From an uncultured Pseudomonadota bacterium (GTDB lineage: Bacteria; Oederibacteriota; Muellerivitia; Muellerivitales; Muellerivitaceae), in NCBI GenBank assembly GCA_963843375.1, contig CAWJKT010000006.1, forward strand, positions 96,001-160,000: a stretch of DNA of 64,000 bases, given 5' to 3'. The notes under the pieces were generated by a model, which was given only the letters and a program-made list of their open reading frames with translations, was not told the DNA's origin and ran no database searches. This document shows positions 21,016 through 32,405 of this stretch, in pieces. The first letter of the stretch is position 1; each line of letters starts with the position of its first letter. A program made the position numbers and the translations under genes.

Positions 21016-21639
21016 ATGTCAGCTAGCCTAAAGATCACGAAACAAAGCACCATGCAGGAAGTCCTTGATGCTTATCCCAGCGCCCAACGCGCCCTTTTCC
21101 GCAAATACCACATTGGGGGATGCCACAGCTGTGGCTATGAGCCCAATGACATCCTCGAGAATGTTGCCCAAAAGCACAACATCACCGATATGGATGAAGT
21201 TTTGAACTTCATTGAGGAAGCCGAGCAAATCGACCAACGCATCAAAATAAGTCCCGCGGATACGGCGGCTGCCATGAAAGGCCCCAACAAGCCCCGCTTG
21301 ATCGATGTGCGAACCCCGCAGGAATGGGAGTTGGCCAAGATTCCCGGAGCCGAGCTGATTACCGAGGAGCTTTCTTACGAGATCATGAACTGGCCGAAGA
21401 ATACGCCCATGATTTTCCACTGTCATCACGGCCAAAGAAGCATGGATGCGGCTTCCTACTTTGCCGGGCACGGCTTCACCAACGCCAAATCAATGACCGG
21501 CGGAATTGACGCCTGGTCGGTTTCAATCGACCCCTCTGTTCCGCGTTATGAGGTCGCCCGGGATATGTCCACCGGAAGGTCGAAACTTCAGCCTCTTCGC
21601 ACTGTTGTATCCAAAGCCGAGGGTTGCATGAATCCCTAA
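21016..21639 (+). CDS. Rhodanese-domain sulfurtransferase with an N-terminal DUF1858/ScdA-like CxxC domain
   Basis: GAGGAG RBS; GGCHSCG; IDVRTPQEW, CHHGQRS active loop, GGIDAWS..DP.VPRY. Confidence 0.82.
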   Translation: MSASLKITKQSTMQEVLDAYPSAQRALFRKYHIGGCHSCGYEPNDILENVAQKHNITDMDEVLNFIEEAEQIDQRIKISPADTAAAMKGPNKPRLIDVRTPQEWELAKIPGAELITEELSYEIMNWPKNTPMIFHCHHGQRSMDAASYFAGHGFTNAKSMTGGIDAWSVSIDPSVPRYEVARDMSTGRSKLQPLRTVVSKAEGCMNP

Positions 21640-21664
21640 CAGGACCGAACCCGTCGAAGTCTTC

Positions 21665-21704
21665 AAAGGGCCATCCCAAAAGGATCGGCCCTTTTTGTTT
21701 TTTT
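21665..21704 (+). terminator. Intrinsic terminator after the rhodanese gene
   Basis: AAAGGGCC...GGCCCTTT stem followed by a T-rich tract. Confidence 0.75.
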
Positions 21705-21708
21705 AGGT

Positions 21709-21743
21709 AAAAAAAAGCCGGGAGGAAATCCTCCCGGCTTTTT
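21709..21743 (-). terminator. Intrinsic terminator after rpoD (probably bidirectional)
   Basis: A8, then AGCCGGGAGGA-AA-TCCTCCCGGCT, then a T tract; perfect stem. Confidence 0.9.
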
Positions 21744-21753
21744 ACAATTCTAA

Positions 21754-23562
21754 TTAATTCAAATAATCCCTCAGCAACCGGCTTCGGGAAGGATGCATCA
21801 GTTTTCTCAAGGCCTTGGCCTCAATCTGACGCACACGTTCGCGCGTGACCTTATAAATGTTTCCCACTTCTTCCAGGGTATGGGGGGAACCATCCGTCAA
21901 GCCGAAGCGCAGGCGCAAAACCTCCGCCTCCCGCTCCTTAAGCGTTCCCAAAACTTTGGAAATATGCTCCCGCAAAAGCACAAAAGCAGCCGCGTCATCG
22001 GGACTGACGGCTTCCTTGTCCGCTATGAAATCACCCAGATGGCTATCTTTCTCCTCGCCCAATGGGGTTTCCAGCGAAATGGGGTTCTGAGCGATCTTTA
22101 GAACCGCCCGGACTTTTTCGACCGGCATTTCCATGCGCTTAGCAATCTCATCCGAGGTCGGCTCATGCCCCAACTCCTGCACCAAATCGCGCGAAGTTTG
22201 GATGGACTTATTGATGACCTCATGCATGTGGACAGGAATACGGATCGTACGGCTCATGTCCGCTATGGCGCGGGTAATGGATTGACGGATCCACCAAGTG
22301 GCGTAAGTGGAAAATTTATACCCGCGGCGGTATTCGAATTTTTCCACTCCCCGCATCAAACCGATGTTCCCTTCCTGGATGAGGTCCAGGAACGGCAAGC
22401 CGCGATTGTTATATTTCTTAGCGATCGATATGACGAGCCGTAAATTGGCTTCCACTAATTCCATACGGGAATGATAGGCCTCACGCTCGCCCACCCGGAT
22501 GGTTCTCATCATGATCTTGAGATGGTTCCGGTCGGTCATAGCCTCTTTCTCGAGACGTTTGATTTCCCGCCGTGCCGCATCCCAAGTGCGGCACGCCTTG
22601 ATAAAGTCTTCACCCTTCAAGGCGCTTTTCTTTTCCAATGTTTTAACGCCAACCGGTTCCCCATCCTTGAGCAGGCTGGGGAGTTTGATATAAAGCTCGG
22701 GAGGAAGCTTCATCCTCTTTTCCTGGGAGTGCATGATATGTTCGTGTTCCTCAATGGCTTCGCCTCGGTCACGAAGGGAAGCGGTAAACCGTTCCTTCAC
22801 CTTCTTTTGAAACTGACAATCCTTGACCAGCCAGATAAGGTCAATGAGCTTGGCGTCCAATTGCTCAGCCAGGGTCTTTCGCTTTTCCTCTCCCAGGGAC
22901 TTGAGGCCGACCTTATGTTGCAGCGCTTTGATTTGTCTTTCCAGGGTCTTAAGTTTAAGGTGGTTTTTGCGAAGCTTGGCCAGGATCTTTTTTTCCGGCG
23001 GGCCGCCCGGAAGTTCGGCGTAAGAATCCAGATTGATGGTCTCCTGGATGGTCTTCCTTTTTTTTAGGATATCGGTGAGGAGGTTGTTTAGTTCCTGGAA
23101 TCCAAGAAGGGAACCCAGCACAGCCTTATCGACCTTGAACTCGCCGGCCTCGATTCGTTTGGCGATGGCTATTTCTTCCGCTCGGGTCAGGAGTGAAATT
23201 CGACCCATCTGGTGTAAGTACATTTTGACGGGATCCCCGACGCGGGTCTCGACCCCGGCGGTATCGAGCGCCTTTTCGAAAACCTCATCCTCGTCGGTAT
23301 CTTCGTCCTTCAAAGTCGCTCCCGGAAGGGCTGTTTCCGATTCTTTCTCATCGTCCGGAATGGCCGTTTTCTCCTCCTGGTCAACGATCTTGATATCGTT
23401 TTCCCCCAGCATGAGCAGAATGTCATCGATCTCTTCGGATGAAACCACCTCGTCCGGAAGGATGTCATTCACCTGTTTAAAGGTGATGTAACCTTTTTCT
23501 TTTCCCACTTTGAGAATATTGTTCGCGTGATCTGACTTATTCTTGGGCGCTTCTGACTTCAT
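21754..23562 (-). CDS. rpoD: RNA polymerase primary sigma factor RpoD
   Basis: Region 1.1, DPVKMYL, non-conserved region, [25 protein letters not shown] and [23 protein letters not shown]. Confidence 0.95.
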   Translation of the reverse strand: MKSEAPKNKSDHANNILKVGKEKGYITFKQVNDILPDEVVSSEEIDDILLMLGENDIKIVDQEEKTAIPDDEKESETALPGATLKDEDTDEDEVFEKALDTAGVETRVGDPVKMYLHQMGRISLLTRAEEIAIAKRIEAGEFKVDKAVLGSLLGFQELNNLLTDILKKRKTIQETINLDSYAELPGGPPEKKILAKLRKNHLKLKTLERQIKALQHKVGLKSLGEEKRKTLAEQLDAKLIDLIWLVKDCQFQKKVKERFTASLRDRGEAIEEHEHIMHSQEKRMKLPPELYIKLPSLLKDGEPVGVKTLEKKSALKGEDFIKACRTWDAARREIKRLEKEAMTDRNHLKIMMRTIRVGEREAYHSRMELVEANLRLVISIAKKYNNRGLPFLDLIQEGNIGLMRGVEKFEYRRGYKFSTYATWWIRQSITRAIADMSRTIRIPVHMHEVINKSIQTSRDLVQELGHEPTSDEIAKRMEMPVEKVRAVLKIAQNPISLETPLGEEKDSHLGDFIADKEAVSPDDAAAFVLLREHISKVLGTLKEREAEVLRLRFGLTDGSPHTLEEVGNIYKVTRERVRQIEAKALRKLMHPSRSRLLRDYLN

Positions 23563-23785
23563 GAAATCTCCACTTCTTTAAAAAAATTTAGGCTCGTTCA
23601 AAATACAAACCCTCGTGTATCACCGTTTTCAAGCGGTTTCCAGCAAGAGGTTTATTGTACCGCAATAATAAGATGGATAGGAATTGTTCTGTAAGAATCA
23701 AAGGGATTTGCACAATAACCCTAAGGAAATTCCCTATAAAATCTCATTGTTGTTAAGTGGATTAGGACAAGCCGAACAACGTGAA

Positions 23786-24322
23786 CTAAAATTTATTGCC
23801 ATTGATCCAATTTTGCACTTCTTGTTCCACTGAAAAGGGCTGTTGCGGGTTTTGAATATAGGCCTTATCCAAGGCATAAGCGTTTTTTTCCAGGGGGATT
23901 GATTCATAAACCCCGGTGGCCAGAAACCCCCGAAGATATTTATGGGCGAATTGTTTAAGACCCAGTTTTTGGTATTGGACCACGTGCACAAGCTCGTGGA
24001 ATTGAATTTGCGGTTTCAACTCTTCATAGGACACAACCACATCCATAAAAGTGATGGCCCGAAGATGATCGAGAGAAAAATAGATCCCGCGATCATTCAG
24101 TTCCTTTAAAAAAGCGGGATCTTCGATGGGCCCGTCAATCTTACGATAAAAGAAAGTGTTCTTTAAAAGGCCCGTGTTAAAAAAAGGACTGAAATTCTCA
24201 ATCTGGACTTCCGATAATCCCGCGGCCTTTTCCAAATAGGTATCTCTTTGGCTCCGGATAAAGGCAGCGATCAGACCCGAATATTCGACAATTTCCCCTT
24301 CGGAAAACTTAGTAGCAACCAA
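23786..24322 (-). CDS. HExxH zincin-like protein (DUF4157-like); start uncertain
   Basis: AITF...HELVHVVQY...YESIPLEKNAY. Confidence 0.65.
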   Translation of the reverse strand: MVATKFSEGEIVEYSGLIAAFIRSQRDTYLEKAAGLSEVQIENFSPFFNTGLLKNTFFYRKIDGPIEDPAFLKELNDRGIYFSLDHLRAITFMDVVVSYEELKPQIQFHELVHVVQYQKLGLKQFAHKYLRGFLATGVYESIPLEKNAYALDKAYIQNPQQPFSVEQEVQNWINGNKF

Positions 24323-24406
24323 AATAAACCGTTCTTTCTTTTGCGTCTTAATTAGGGACTTTCCTTGGATTCCATTTAAGCAAGGAAAATTAAGCGGATT
24401 AAAATT

Positions 24407-27005
24407 TTAAGCCTTGATGACCAGCTCTCCACCCTTGGAAACGTCCACTTTGATTGTTTGTCCTTCGAGGATGTCACCATCAAGCAGTTTAAGCGCCATA
24501 CGATCCACAAGTTCGTGCTGAATAAGCCTTTTTAAAGGTCTGGCACCGTAGACAGGATCATAGCCCCTTTCGGCCAGGAATACCAAGGCCCCCTTGGACA
24601 TTTCCAGCTTTATCTTCTTGTCCGCTAACCGGGCGCGAAGGCCCTCCAACTGGATATTCACAATGGACTTCTAATTGTTCTTCCTTCAAACGGTGGAAAA
24701 TAACGATGTCGTCGATACGATTCAGGAACTCGGGTCGGAAGAACTGCCTCAACTCTTTTTGCAAGGCGTCCTTTAAGTCTTCCTCCTTATTCCCTTCCAT
24801 GATTTTCTGAGAGGCGATATTGCTGGTCATGATGAGAACGGTGTTTTTGAAATCCACGATCCTTCCCTGGCTGTCCGTAAGGCGCCCATCATCCAAAACT
24901 TGCAAAAGCACGTTGAACACATCCGCATGGGCTTTTTCCACCTCGTCGAAGAGTACCACGGAATATGGCCTGCGGCGCACCGCCTCGGTCAATTGTCCAC
25001 CCTCATCGTATCCCACATAGCCCGGAGGGGCGCCGATCAACCGCGCCACCGAGTGCTTTTCCATGTATTCGCTCATGTCGATTCGAATCATCATTTTTTC
25101 GTCGTCAAATAGGTAGCCGGCAAGGGCCTTGGCAAGTTCGGTCTTTCCCACGCCCGTAGGCCCCACAAAAAGGAAACTTCCCAGGGGCCGGTTGGGATCG
25201 GCTAAACCCGACCGGGACCGGCGAATCGCGTTGGCCACCGCGGAAACCGCCTCATCCTGCCCGACAACCCGCTCTTTCAACTTTTCTTCCATCTTGATGA
25301 GCTTTTCGGTTTCCCCCTCCATCATTTTGGAAACGGGGATACCGGTCCACTTGGCTACGACCTCGGCGATTCCCTGATCGGTCACTTCTTCCTTGAGCAG
25401 GGCGCCCTTTTTTTGTAAATCCGCCAGTTGGTTGCCGAATTCTTCCATTTTTTTCTGCAATTTCGGAACCTTGTCGTAGCGTATTTCCGCGACCTTATCG
25501 AGTTTGCCTTCTCTTTCGAAATGGGTTTCCTGAAGTTTTAAAGTTTCAATTTCTTCCTTGATCTTGCGAAGGTCTTGGATGACTTTCTTTTCCGACTGCC
25601 ACCGGGCCTTCATCCCCGAAGAGTTTTCCTTGAGATTGGCCATTTCCTTTTCCAGTTTGGCGAGGCGATCCTTGGAAGCTTCGTCTTTTTCCTTTTGGAG
25701 AGCTTGTTTTTCGATTTCCAATTGGCGAATTTTTCGTTCCGCCTCGTCCAATGCTACCGGCATGGAATCGATTTCGATACGAAGCTTGGAAGCGGCCTCG
25801 TCTACCAAGTCGATGGCTTTATCAGGTAAAAAGCGGTTGGTAATATAACGGTTGGAAAGAACTGCGGCGGCTACCAGGGCAGCGTCCTGAATTCGCACAC
25901 CATGGTGCAATTCATAGCGCTCTTTGAGGCCCCGCAGTATGGAAATGGTATCGGCCACACTGGGCTCGCCCACCAGCACCTGTTGGAATCGGCGTTCCAG
26001 AGCCGGGTCCTTCTCGATATATTTCCGGTACTCATCCAAGGTTGTGGCTCCGATGGCTCGTAGTTCCCCCCTCGCCAAGGCGGGTTTGAGCATATTGGAA
26101 GCGTCCATGGAGCCTTCAGCCCGCCCCGCTCCTACCAGGTTGTGCAGTTCGTCAATGAAAAGGATGATTTGTCCTTCACTGGAAGTGACTTCTTTCAAAA
26201 AGGCCTTCAGTCGGTCCTCAAACTCACCCCGAAATTTGGCTCCGGCCACCATCGCCCCTAGATCCAGCGAGATGACTTTCTTGCCCTTCAAACCTTCAGG
26301 CACATCCCCGGAAACGATGCGGCCCGCCAAACCTTCGGCAATGGCGGTCTTGCCCACGCCTGGCTCCCCGATCAGTACGGGATTGTTCTTGGTGCGGCGG
26401 GAAAGAACCTGGATGACTCGGCGAATTTCCTCATCCCGGCCAATGACCGGGTCCAATTTGCCCCGGCGGGCCAGGTCCGTTAGGTCTTTGCCGTATTTCG
26501 TGAGGGCCTGGTATTTGGCCTCGGGATTCTGGTCCGTCACTTTCGTGTTGCCCCGAACTTCGGCAAGGGCTGAAAGCACCTTCTCTCGGTTCAAGTGATT
26601 CAGTTTGACCAGTTTCTTCACTCCCCAATCTTCGGGATGGCCTTGGGCACTGGATGCGTTTAAAAGGGCTAAAAGTAGATGCTCGGTGGAGACATATTCA
26701 TCCTTCATCTTATCCGCTTCTTTATGGGCGTCCTCAAGGGTCTTGGCCAGACGAGGGGTCATATAAATTTGACCCCCTCCTTCCACTTTCGGAAGTCCGG
26801 CGATGTCCTTTTCCAGACTTTTGTCCAATGCGGCAGGATCTACCCCGATCTTTTTCAAGATCGGATCCACCACGCTTTCTTCCTGGCGTAAAAGGGCAAG
26901 GAACAGGTGTTCGTTGTCCACCTGTTGTTGGCCGTATTCGGAGGACAGGGACTGGGCTGCCTGCACCGCGTTTTGGGCGTTGAGCGTAAATTGATTGATA
27001 TCCAT
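24407..27005 (-). CDS. clpB: Chaperone ClpB (indel near 24665 splits the C-terminus)
   Basis: Clp N-domains, GEPGVGKT, middle coiled coil, GPTGVGKT and RPEFLNRID; the C-terminal [13 protein letters not shown] is in ORF 24407..24661. Confidence 0.95.
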
Positions 27006-27140
27006 TGCGGACCCCTAAAAAGACTAATTGACTTATTCTTGGCGATTGACAGCAATTTAGTATTGGAATGGGGTTCTTTCAATGCTTTGGATCATGTTTA
27101 AGGCAAGAATTTTAACCTCTATAATCCCATCTGAACCTTT

Positions 27141-29342
27141 ATGAAAAACACTCGCTTCTGCGAACCCCTAACCCAAGCATTGCTCCTTATGGCCGCCTTC
27201 ACGCTCGGGGCCTTGGGCCAATTCTTTCTCATTCAACAAACCGTTCCCTGGACCGTCTGGTCGGGACTGGCCCTATACGTTGGAGCCATATCCCTCTTTC
27301 TTTGTGGGGTTAAAACCAGCGGCAAGGAACAACTTCCCTCACCCCATTTGACTGTTAAGCAAGAGTTCCTGATTCTCATTTTGATATTCCTGACGGCTCT
27401 TTTTTTCCGTTTCTTCAAACTCGGGGAATTCCCCTCCGGGATCTTCCCGGACGACGCTTGCGCGGCTTATGGGGCTTTGCGGGTTCTCCACGAAGGCTGG
27501 CGTCCATTTCAAGAGATATTTCTTCTGCATGCGGCCGTTCCTTCGATTTATTATGATTTGGCTCTATGGTTCTCCTTTTTTTCACCAACTCAAATCCATC
27601 TTTTTGGTTATTCGATCTTCCTCTCCCTTTTAACCCTGGGTTTCCTTTACTTGGCTTTCCGAAGATTGGCTGGGACTCCCACGGCATTGTTGGCGGTTTA
27701 TATTTTGGCGGTTATGCGGTGGGACATTACTTTCAGCCGCAACGCTCATCTTTGTATCGAGGTTCCTTTTTACCTTTCCGCCACGCTTTGCTTTTGGCTT
27801 TACGCCCTTTCCACGGGAAAACGCTGGGCCTATGTGATTTGCGCCGTTTTTTTCACGGCCGGCTTTTACAGCTATACGTCCTACTATGCCTTCATCCCCC
27901 TGATGATGATATATGCGCTCTATGAATGGAACCAAACCCGGCAGAAGCCAAGGGACTTCCCCTCGAACCTGGCCCTTTTCTTTTCTCTTTTCCTCCTCCT
28001 TTCGCTCCCGCTGCTTTTTCATATCATCTTCAGCGCCGACCACGGCAACCTTCTAGGGGCTTCCCAGGACCGGCTTAACAGTTTTCTCGCCTCCCTCGCC
28101 CATGGAGACTTTTCTCTCTTACCACCCCATCTGGCCGGAACCGCTTTGATGTTTAACCGCACGGGCGATTCCTGGTACCTCGACAACCTGCCCTACCATC
28201 GCATGGTAGATGACGTTACCGGAGTCTTGTGGATTCTTGGACTAAGTTTGGCCGTGGTTCGGTTTAAGCAAAGGAAATACTTTTACGCCCTTACCGGCTT
28301 TATCGTCATGTGTTTACCCACCTTGCTTTCCAATTACCCCGCTCAATCTGGCCGGGCCCTCGGGGCGGCTCCATTCCTGGCACTTCTGGGAGCCTTCGGG
28401 CTTGGGGGGGCGTTGGAAACAGCGGGGAAAATAAAGAGATTGAAGTTATTCCTTCCTATCTTACTAGCCGCAGCCTTAGGACTAATGGCCTTTGAGAATT
28501 ATCAGACCTATTTCAACCAGCAGGCTTTGGATCCCGATTGCTGGAGAGACCCCGCAACGGACGCCACTTTGGCTGGAAAAAGAATTGCCCAATCCGGCAG
28601 TTCGGATGAGGTTTACGTTTCTTCCCGCTTCTTCCTCCACTATGCGGTTTTATTCCTGGGCTACCCGCAAAAGGAACATGTCCATGAATTGAGGATACCG
28701 GAAGATCTCGTGATGCTCCCGAGACCGGCGGATAGGGGTCTATTGTTTGTTTTGGACGAGGGAAAAACAGGGGTGTTGGGACTTCTACAGTCCCTATTCC
28801 CAGGGGGAGAAACCGAAAAAGTGCGTGATCTCCAAGGAGAACCTTTTGTTTACTTTTACCATGTGAACGCGAAGGATGCCGCCCAAGGACAGCTCCGGGC
28901 TAAAAATTTTTTGTCCCAAAGTTTTGGCCTGAAGGGAAGTTACTATCTGTCGATGGAAGAAAAGGGGCCTGCGGACTTGGTCAAGAAGGATCCAGTGTTG
29001 AATTTCACCTTCCGAAATGATTTTCCCATGATCCAGTTTCCGCCCCTAACCGTTGACTGGATCGGCAAACTTATCGTTCCGGAAACGGGCAGCTACCACT
29101 TTGTGTTCCTGGCTACCAATTCCTCCACCTTGAAAATCGACGGGAAGAAGATTTTAGCCCGGGAAAATGTTGAATCAAATGGCCTGACACTGGCTAAAGG
29201 CCCCCATAGGCTTGAGGTCCTTTTCCAAAAGGTTGTTTACACCAGTAAGGAAGAAGGACAAGCCGCGGCTCTTAGTTTATTGTGGAAAAAACCTGGGGAC
29301 GCCAGATTTGATGTGGTTCCCTATACGGCTTTTATGCAATAA
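27141..29342 (+). CDS. ArnT/PMT-like (GT-C) membrane glycosyltransferase with a C-terminal PA14 domain
   Basis: Many TM segments, RF..L..FP.G..PDDA loop; C-terminal GLKGSYY..WIGKLIVPETGSYHF..GPHRLEV..LLWKKPG. Confidence 0.8.
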   Translation: MKNTRFCEPLTQALLLMAAFTLGALGQFFLIQQTVPWTVWSGLALYVGAISLFLCGVKTSGKEQLPSPHLTVKQEFLILILIFLTALFFRFFKLGEFPSGIFPDDACAAYGALRVLHEGWRPFQEIFLLHAAVPSIYYDLALWFSFFSPTQIHLFGYSIFLSLLTLGFLYLAFRRLAGTPTALLAVYILAVMRWDITFSRNAHLCIEVPFYLSATLCFWLYALSTGKRWAYVICAVFFTAGFYSYTSYYAFIPLMMIYALYEWNQTRQKPRDFPSNLALFFSLFLLLSLPLLFHIIFSADHGNLLGASQDRLNSFLASLAHGDFSLLPPHLAGTALMFNRTGDSWYLDNLPYHRMVDDVTGVLWILGLSLAVVRFKQRKYFYALTGFIVMCLPTLLSNYPAQSGRALGAAPFLALLGAFGLGGALETAGKIKRLKLFLPILLAAALGLMAFENYQTYFNQQALDPDCWRDPATDATLAGKRIAQSGSSDEVYVSSRFFLHYAVLFLGYPQKEHVHELRIPEDLVMLPRPADRGLLFVLDEGKTGVLGLLQSLFPGGETEKVRDLQGEPFVYFYHVNAKDAAQGQLRAKNFLSQSFGLKGSYYLSMEEKGPADLVKKDPVLNFTFRNDFPMIQFPPLTVDWIGKLIVPETGSYHFVFLATNSSTLKIDGKKILARENVESNGLTLAKGPHRLEVLFQKVVYTSKEEGQAAALSLLWKKPGDARFDVVPYTAFMQ

Positions 29343-29468
29343 GGAAAAGTTCCTGGTTTAAAACCTTCCTTGCAGGCCGCCATTGAAATACCCGGTTAAA
29401 AGAAAGTGGAAGCGGTCGGCTAAAAGCTGGCGCATTTTCTCCCCTTGACCAATAACCAATCACCTTGT

Positions 29469-30872
29469 TCAGAAGTTTCTAGCCGCAGCATTCTGGGCGT
29501 GATGGATCCGATAGGGAGGATTTTGGGGCAAGGCTTTAAAATCAAAACCATTCTCCCGAATAACTTTCTGGTACCACTTGGCGCTCTTCTTAAAGGTGCG
29601 CTTTTGGGTTTTAAAATCTACATGAATAAGCCCGAACCTCGGGTCATAGCCATGGCACCATTCAAAATTGTCCATGAAACTCCAGGCATAGTAGCCCTTC
29701 AGGGGCGCTCCATCTTGGATGGCCCGGTTGGCTTCAGCCAGGTAGTTGCCCAAGAAATGGACGCGAATGTCATCCTCCAGGGTTTCTTCCACCGTTCTTT
29801 CGGAATCCCTCGTGGGTATTCCGTTTTCGGTGATATACATTTTCCAGCCATAGGTTTTCCAAAGGTGCATGAGTAGGTCATAAAGGGCGTCAGGCACGAC
29901 TGGCCATTTGAGATCATTGATCGGCATCTTATCCGGCACGGAAAAATCATTATCGAAGATATTATTCCCCTTGGAATAACGAGCATAGTTTGGGAAGTAA
30001 TGATTGACCCCTAAAAAGTCCAGCGGATGGGCGATGTCCTTAAGATCCTTTTCATAGTACCCGGGCTTTTCGCCTGAGAACTCAAAGAAGAAAGACGGAT
30101 AACCTTTGCCGGCCAGGGGGTCCAGAAAGCTTTCGATAAGGAGGTTTTGCATATGAAAAGCGTATTCTTTATCCGCCTTATCATCCCGCAGGGTGCGGCA
30201 CAGCGCCAAGGCCGCCACCGTTCCGATTTCCCCCTTGAGGTTCATCTGCCGATAGCTTTGCAACGCCAAGCCGTGGCCCAGATTCAAGTGATGGGCAGTT
30301 AAGGCGAACTCCTTGCGATTTGCGTGGCCCGGCGGGAAATACCCCCACAGATAGCCCAGTTGGGCCGTAACCGCTGATTCATTTTGGGTTGCCCATAAAG
30401 GGATGTCTTTTCCAAAGGCCTTGAAAAGGACTTCCGAATATTCACGGAACGCCAAGGCCGTCTCGCGATTGACCCAGCCACCTTCGGCCCACTCAGGAAT
30501 TTCCCAATGGAACAGGGTGGCGTTGGGGACGATCCCGGCCTTATGGAGTTCCTCAATGAGACGGTGATAAAAATCCAATGCTTTCTCATTGATCTTTCCC
30601 CTTTGGGGAATAATCCGGGGCCAGGAAAAGGAAAAACGATAGCTTTGGAGGCCCATTTCCTTCATCAGGGCGATGTCTTCCTTATAACGGTGATAATGGT
30701 CACAGGCCGTGTCGGCGTCTTGGTTGTCGGCGATACGCCCCGGCGTTCGTGTCCATTCATACCAGTTGCTTTTGGCCGCTCCATCCGCCAAAGGGCTTCC
30801 TTCGATTTGGAAAGAACTGGTAGCCGCTCCCCATAGAAAATCTTTGGGGAATGAAATAAAATTGGAAGACAT
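29469..30872 (-). CDS. GH1 beta-glucosidase
   Basis: FLWGAATSSFQIEG, DHYHRYKEDI, acid/base TQNE, nucleophile YITENG, WSFMDNFEW. Confidence 0.93.
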   Translation of the reverse strand: MSSNFISFPKDFLWGAATSSFQIEGSPLADGAAKSNWYEWTRTPGRIADNQDADTACDHYHRYKEDIALMKEMGLQSYRFSFSWPRIIPQRGKINEKALDFYHRLIEELHKAGIVPNATLFHWEIPEWAEGGWVNRETALAFREYSEVLFKAFGKDIPLWATQNESAVTAQLGYLWGYFPPGHANRKEFALTAHHLNLGHGLALQSYRQMNLKGEIGTVAALALCRTLRDDKADKEYAFHMQNLLIESFLDPLAGKGYPSFFFEFSGEKPGYYEKDLKDIAHPLDFLGVNHYFPNYARYSKGNNIFDNDFSVPDKMPINDLKWPVVPDALYDLLMHLWKTYGWKMYITENGIPTRDSERTVEETLEDDIRVHFLGNYLAEANRAIQDGAPLKGYYAWSFMDNFEWCHGYDPRFGLIHVDFKTQKRTFKKSAKWYQKVIRENGFDFKALPQNPPYRIHHAQNAAARNF

Positions 30873-31019
30873 GGGTGGTTTAGCCTTTCCTAAAATAAAT
30901 AATGCGATAGTTTATGGTTTTTATTTGAAAAATAAACTCAATAAATTTAAGCGGGCCGCAAGTCGTTGAGTAAACTTTCCGGACGGAAAGCCCAAACACT
31001 TTCGAGGAAAAGCCCTTTT

Positions 31020-31566
31020 ATGGAATACAACATCGTTAAAATGGGCAACTCGGTCCTCCGGAAGAAAACTTATTCCGTAACCGAAAAACATTTGGTTTCA
31101 AAAAAATTCCAGCTTTTTTTAAAGCAAATGGTGCCCCAAATGCGAAAAGCTGGAGGTGTCGGTTTAGCCGCAAACCAACTGGGCTTCAATATCAACAGCC
31201 TTCGTCATGGAATGTCGCGGGAATAAGCGTTATCCTAAAGTCAAATCCTTTCCACTTCAGACATACATCAACGCCCGCATCATAAAATATTCCCGGTTGA
31301 AGGAAAAAGGATGGGAAGGCTGCCTGAGCATCCCTGGTTTCCGAGGCATGGTTCCCCGTTCCAAGTGGGTGACCTTTGAAGCCCAAACACCAGACGGCCA
31401 AAAAGTTCGAAAGACCGTTCACGGATTCGAGGCTCGAGTCATTCAGCACGAAGTGGATCACTTGAATGGATTTTTTTACATAAACCGAATGAAAGATTTG
31501 AAAACCTGGATACATTTGGAGGAATTTAATAAACAATTCAAATCAGGGATAAGGGATAATAAGTGA
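31020..31566 (+). CDS. def: Peptide deformylase (1-nt insertion near 31197)
   Basis: GVGLAANQLG in the first frame; EGCLS and QHEVDHLNG in the second frame. Confidence 0.92.
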
Positions 31567-31740
31567 AATTAGATTCAAATTTTTTCAATGTCGTCGGACG
31601 CACCGCTTAAATAATAAAGGATTTATCAACCTAAATATTTCTGGCGTTTTGGTAACAAATATCTTTTTAGTTTCTATTTAGAAATAGATATGAGCTGATC
31701 GTCATCCTTTCAACGGCAACTTATTTAAAAGCAGGCCCTT

Positions 31741-32205
31741 ATGAATCTTTATCTTTTTCGCCACGGCAAAGCCGCACGCCTCGACACCAACCAACCTCGC
31801 TCCCTCACCGTTCGGGGAAAAGCCGAAGTAACTCTCATCGCGGAACACTTTAAAAAACAATCTCTCCAAATTAACCACCTTTGGCACAGCCCAAAAACCC
31901 GAGCCATTCAGACCGCTGAAATATTCCTAAAAATCAATGGCAAGTCAGGCATAAAAGTGGAAGAAAAAAAAGAGCTAAAACCCGAAGGTGACGCCCGGGA
32001 GATATTGGAAGAAATTAATCTCCATCAAAATGGCTCCTTAATGGTGGTCACCCATCTTCCCTTTGTTGAAGAACTCGCTTCGCTTTTGGCGGCTGATTCC
32101 CCGGACGCTAAAATTTCATTTCCGACCGCGGGAATGGCCGCCTTTGAGCGGGGGGGAAAAAACTGGAAATGGCTTTGGTCGCTTGATCCTTCTAAGCTTA
32201 AATGA
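31741..32205 (+). CDS. sixA: Phosphohistidine phosphatase SixA
   Basis: LFRHGKA, R.LT..G, SPKTRAIQTA and VTHLP. Confidence 0.9.
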   Translation: MNLYLFRHGKAARLDTNQPRSLTVRGKAEVTLIAEHFKKQSLQINHLWHSPKTRAIQTAEIFLKINGKSGIKVEEKKELKPEGDAREILEEINLHQNGSLMVVTHLPFVEELASLLAADSPDAKISFPTAGMAAFERGGKNWKWLWSLDPSKLK

Positions 32206-32405
32206 TGAAACCTTAATCTTAAAAAATTCCGCCAAGCCACAATGCACAATCTCCCCTTTGAGAAAATGTCGTGGTATGGGGGGATTATTTGTTTTGTGGG
32301 TACTTGGAGCTATTTCCCAATAAGCCTAGTTGTACACTAGGCCCTTAGTGCGAGGACAAATTCAAGGCCACCGACCGCTAGGTTGAAGGCCGGTTGCAGC
32401 GTCTT

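Noticed and set aside
21754..23562. rpoD not preceded by dnaG as a sign of a second primary sigma factor
   Set aside because: The dnaG-rpoD linkage is often broken, and this cannot be judged from one window.
27020..27095. Heat-shock operator or promoter upstream of clpB (imperfect inverted repeat; TTGAAA and CCCCAT)
   Set aside because: It does not fit the CIRCE or CtsR consensus, and the two sigma32-like boxes are only 3 nt apart.
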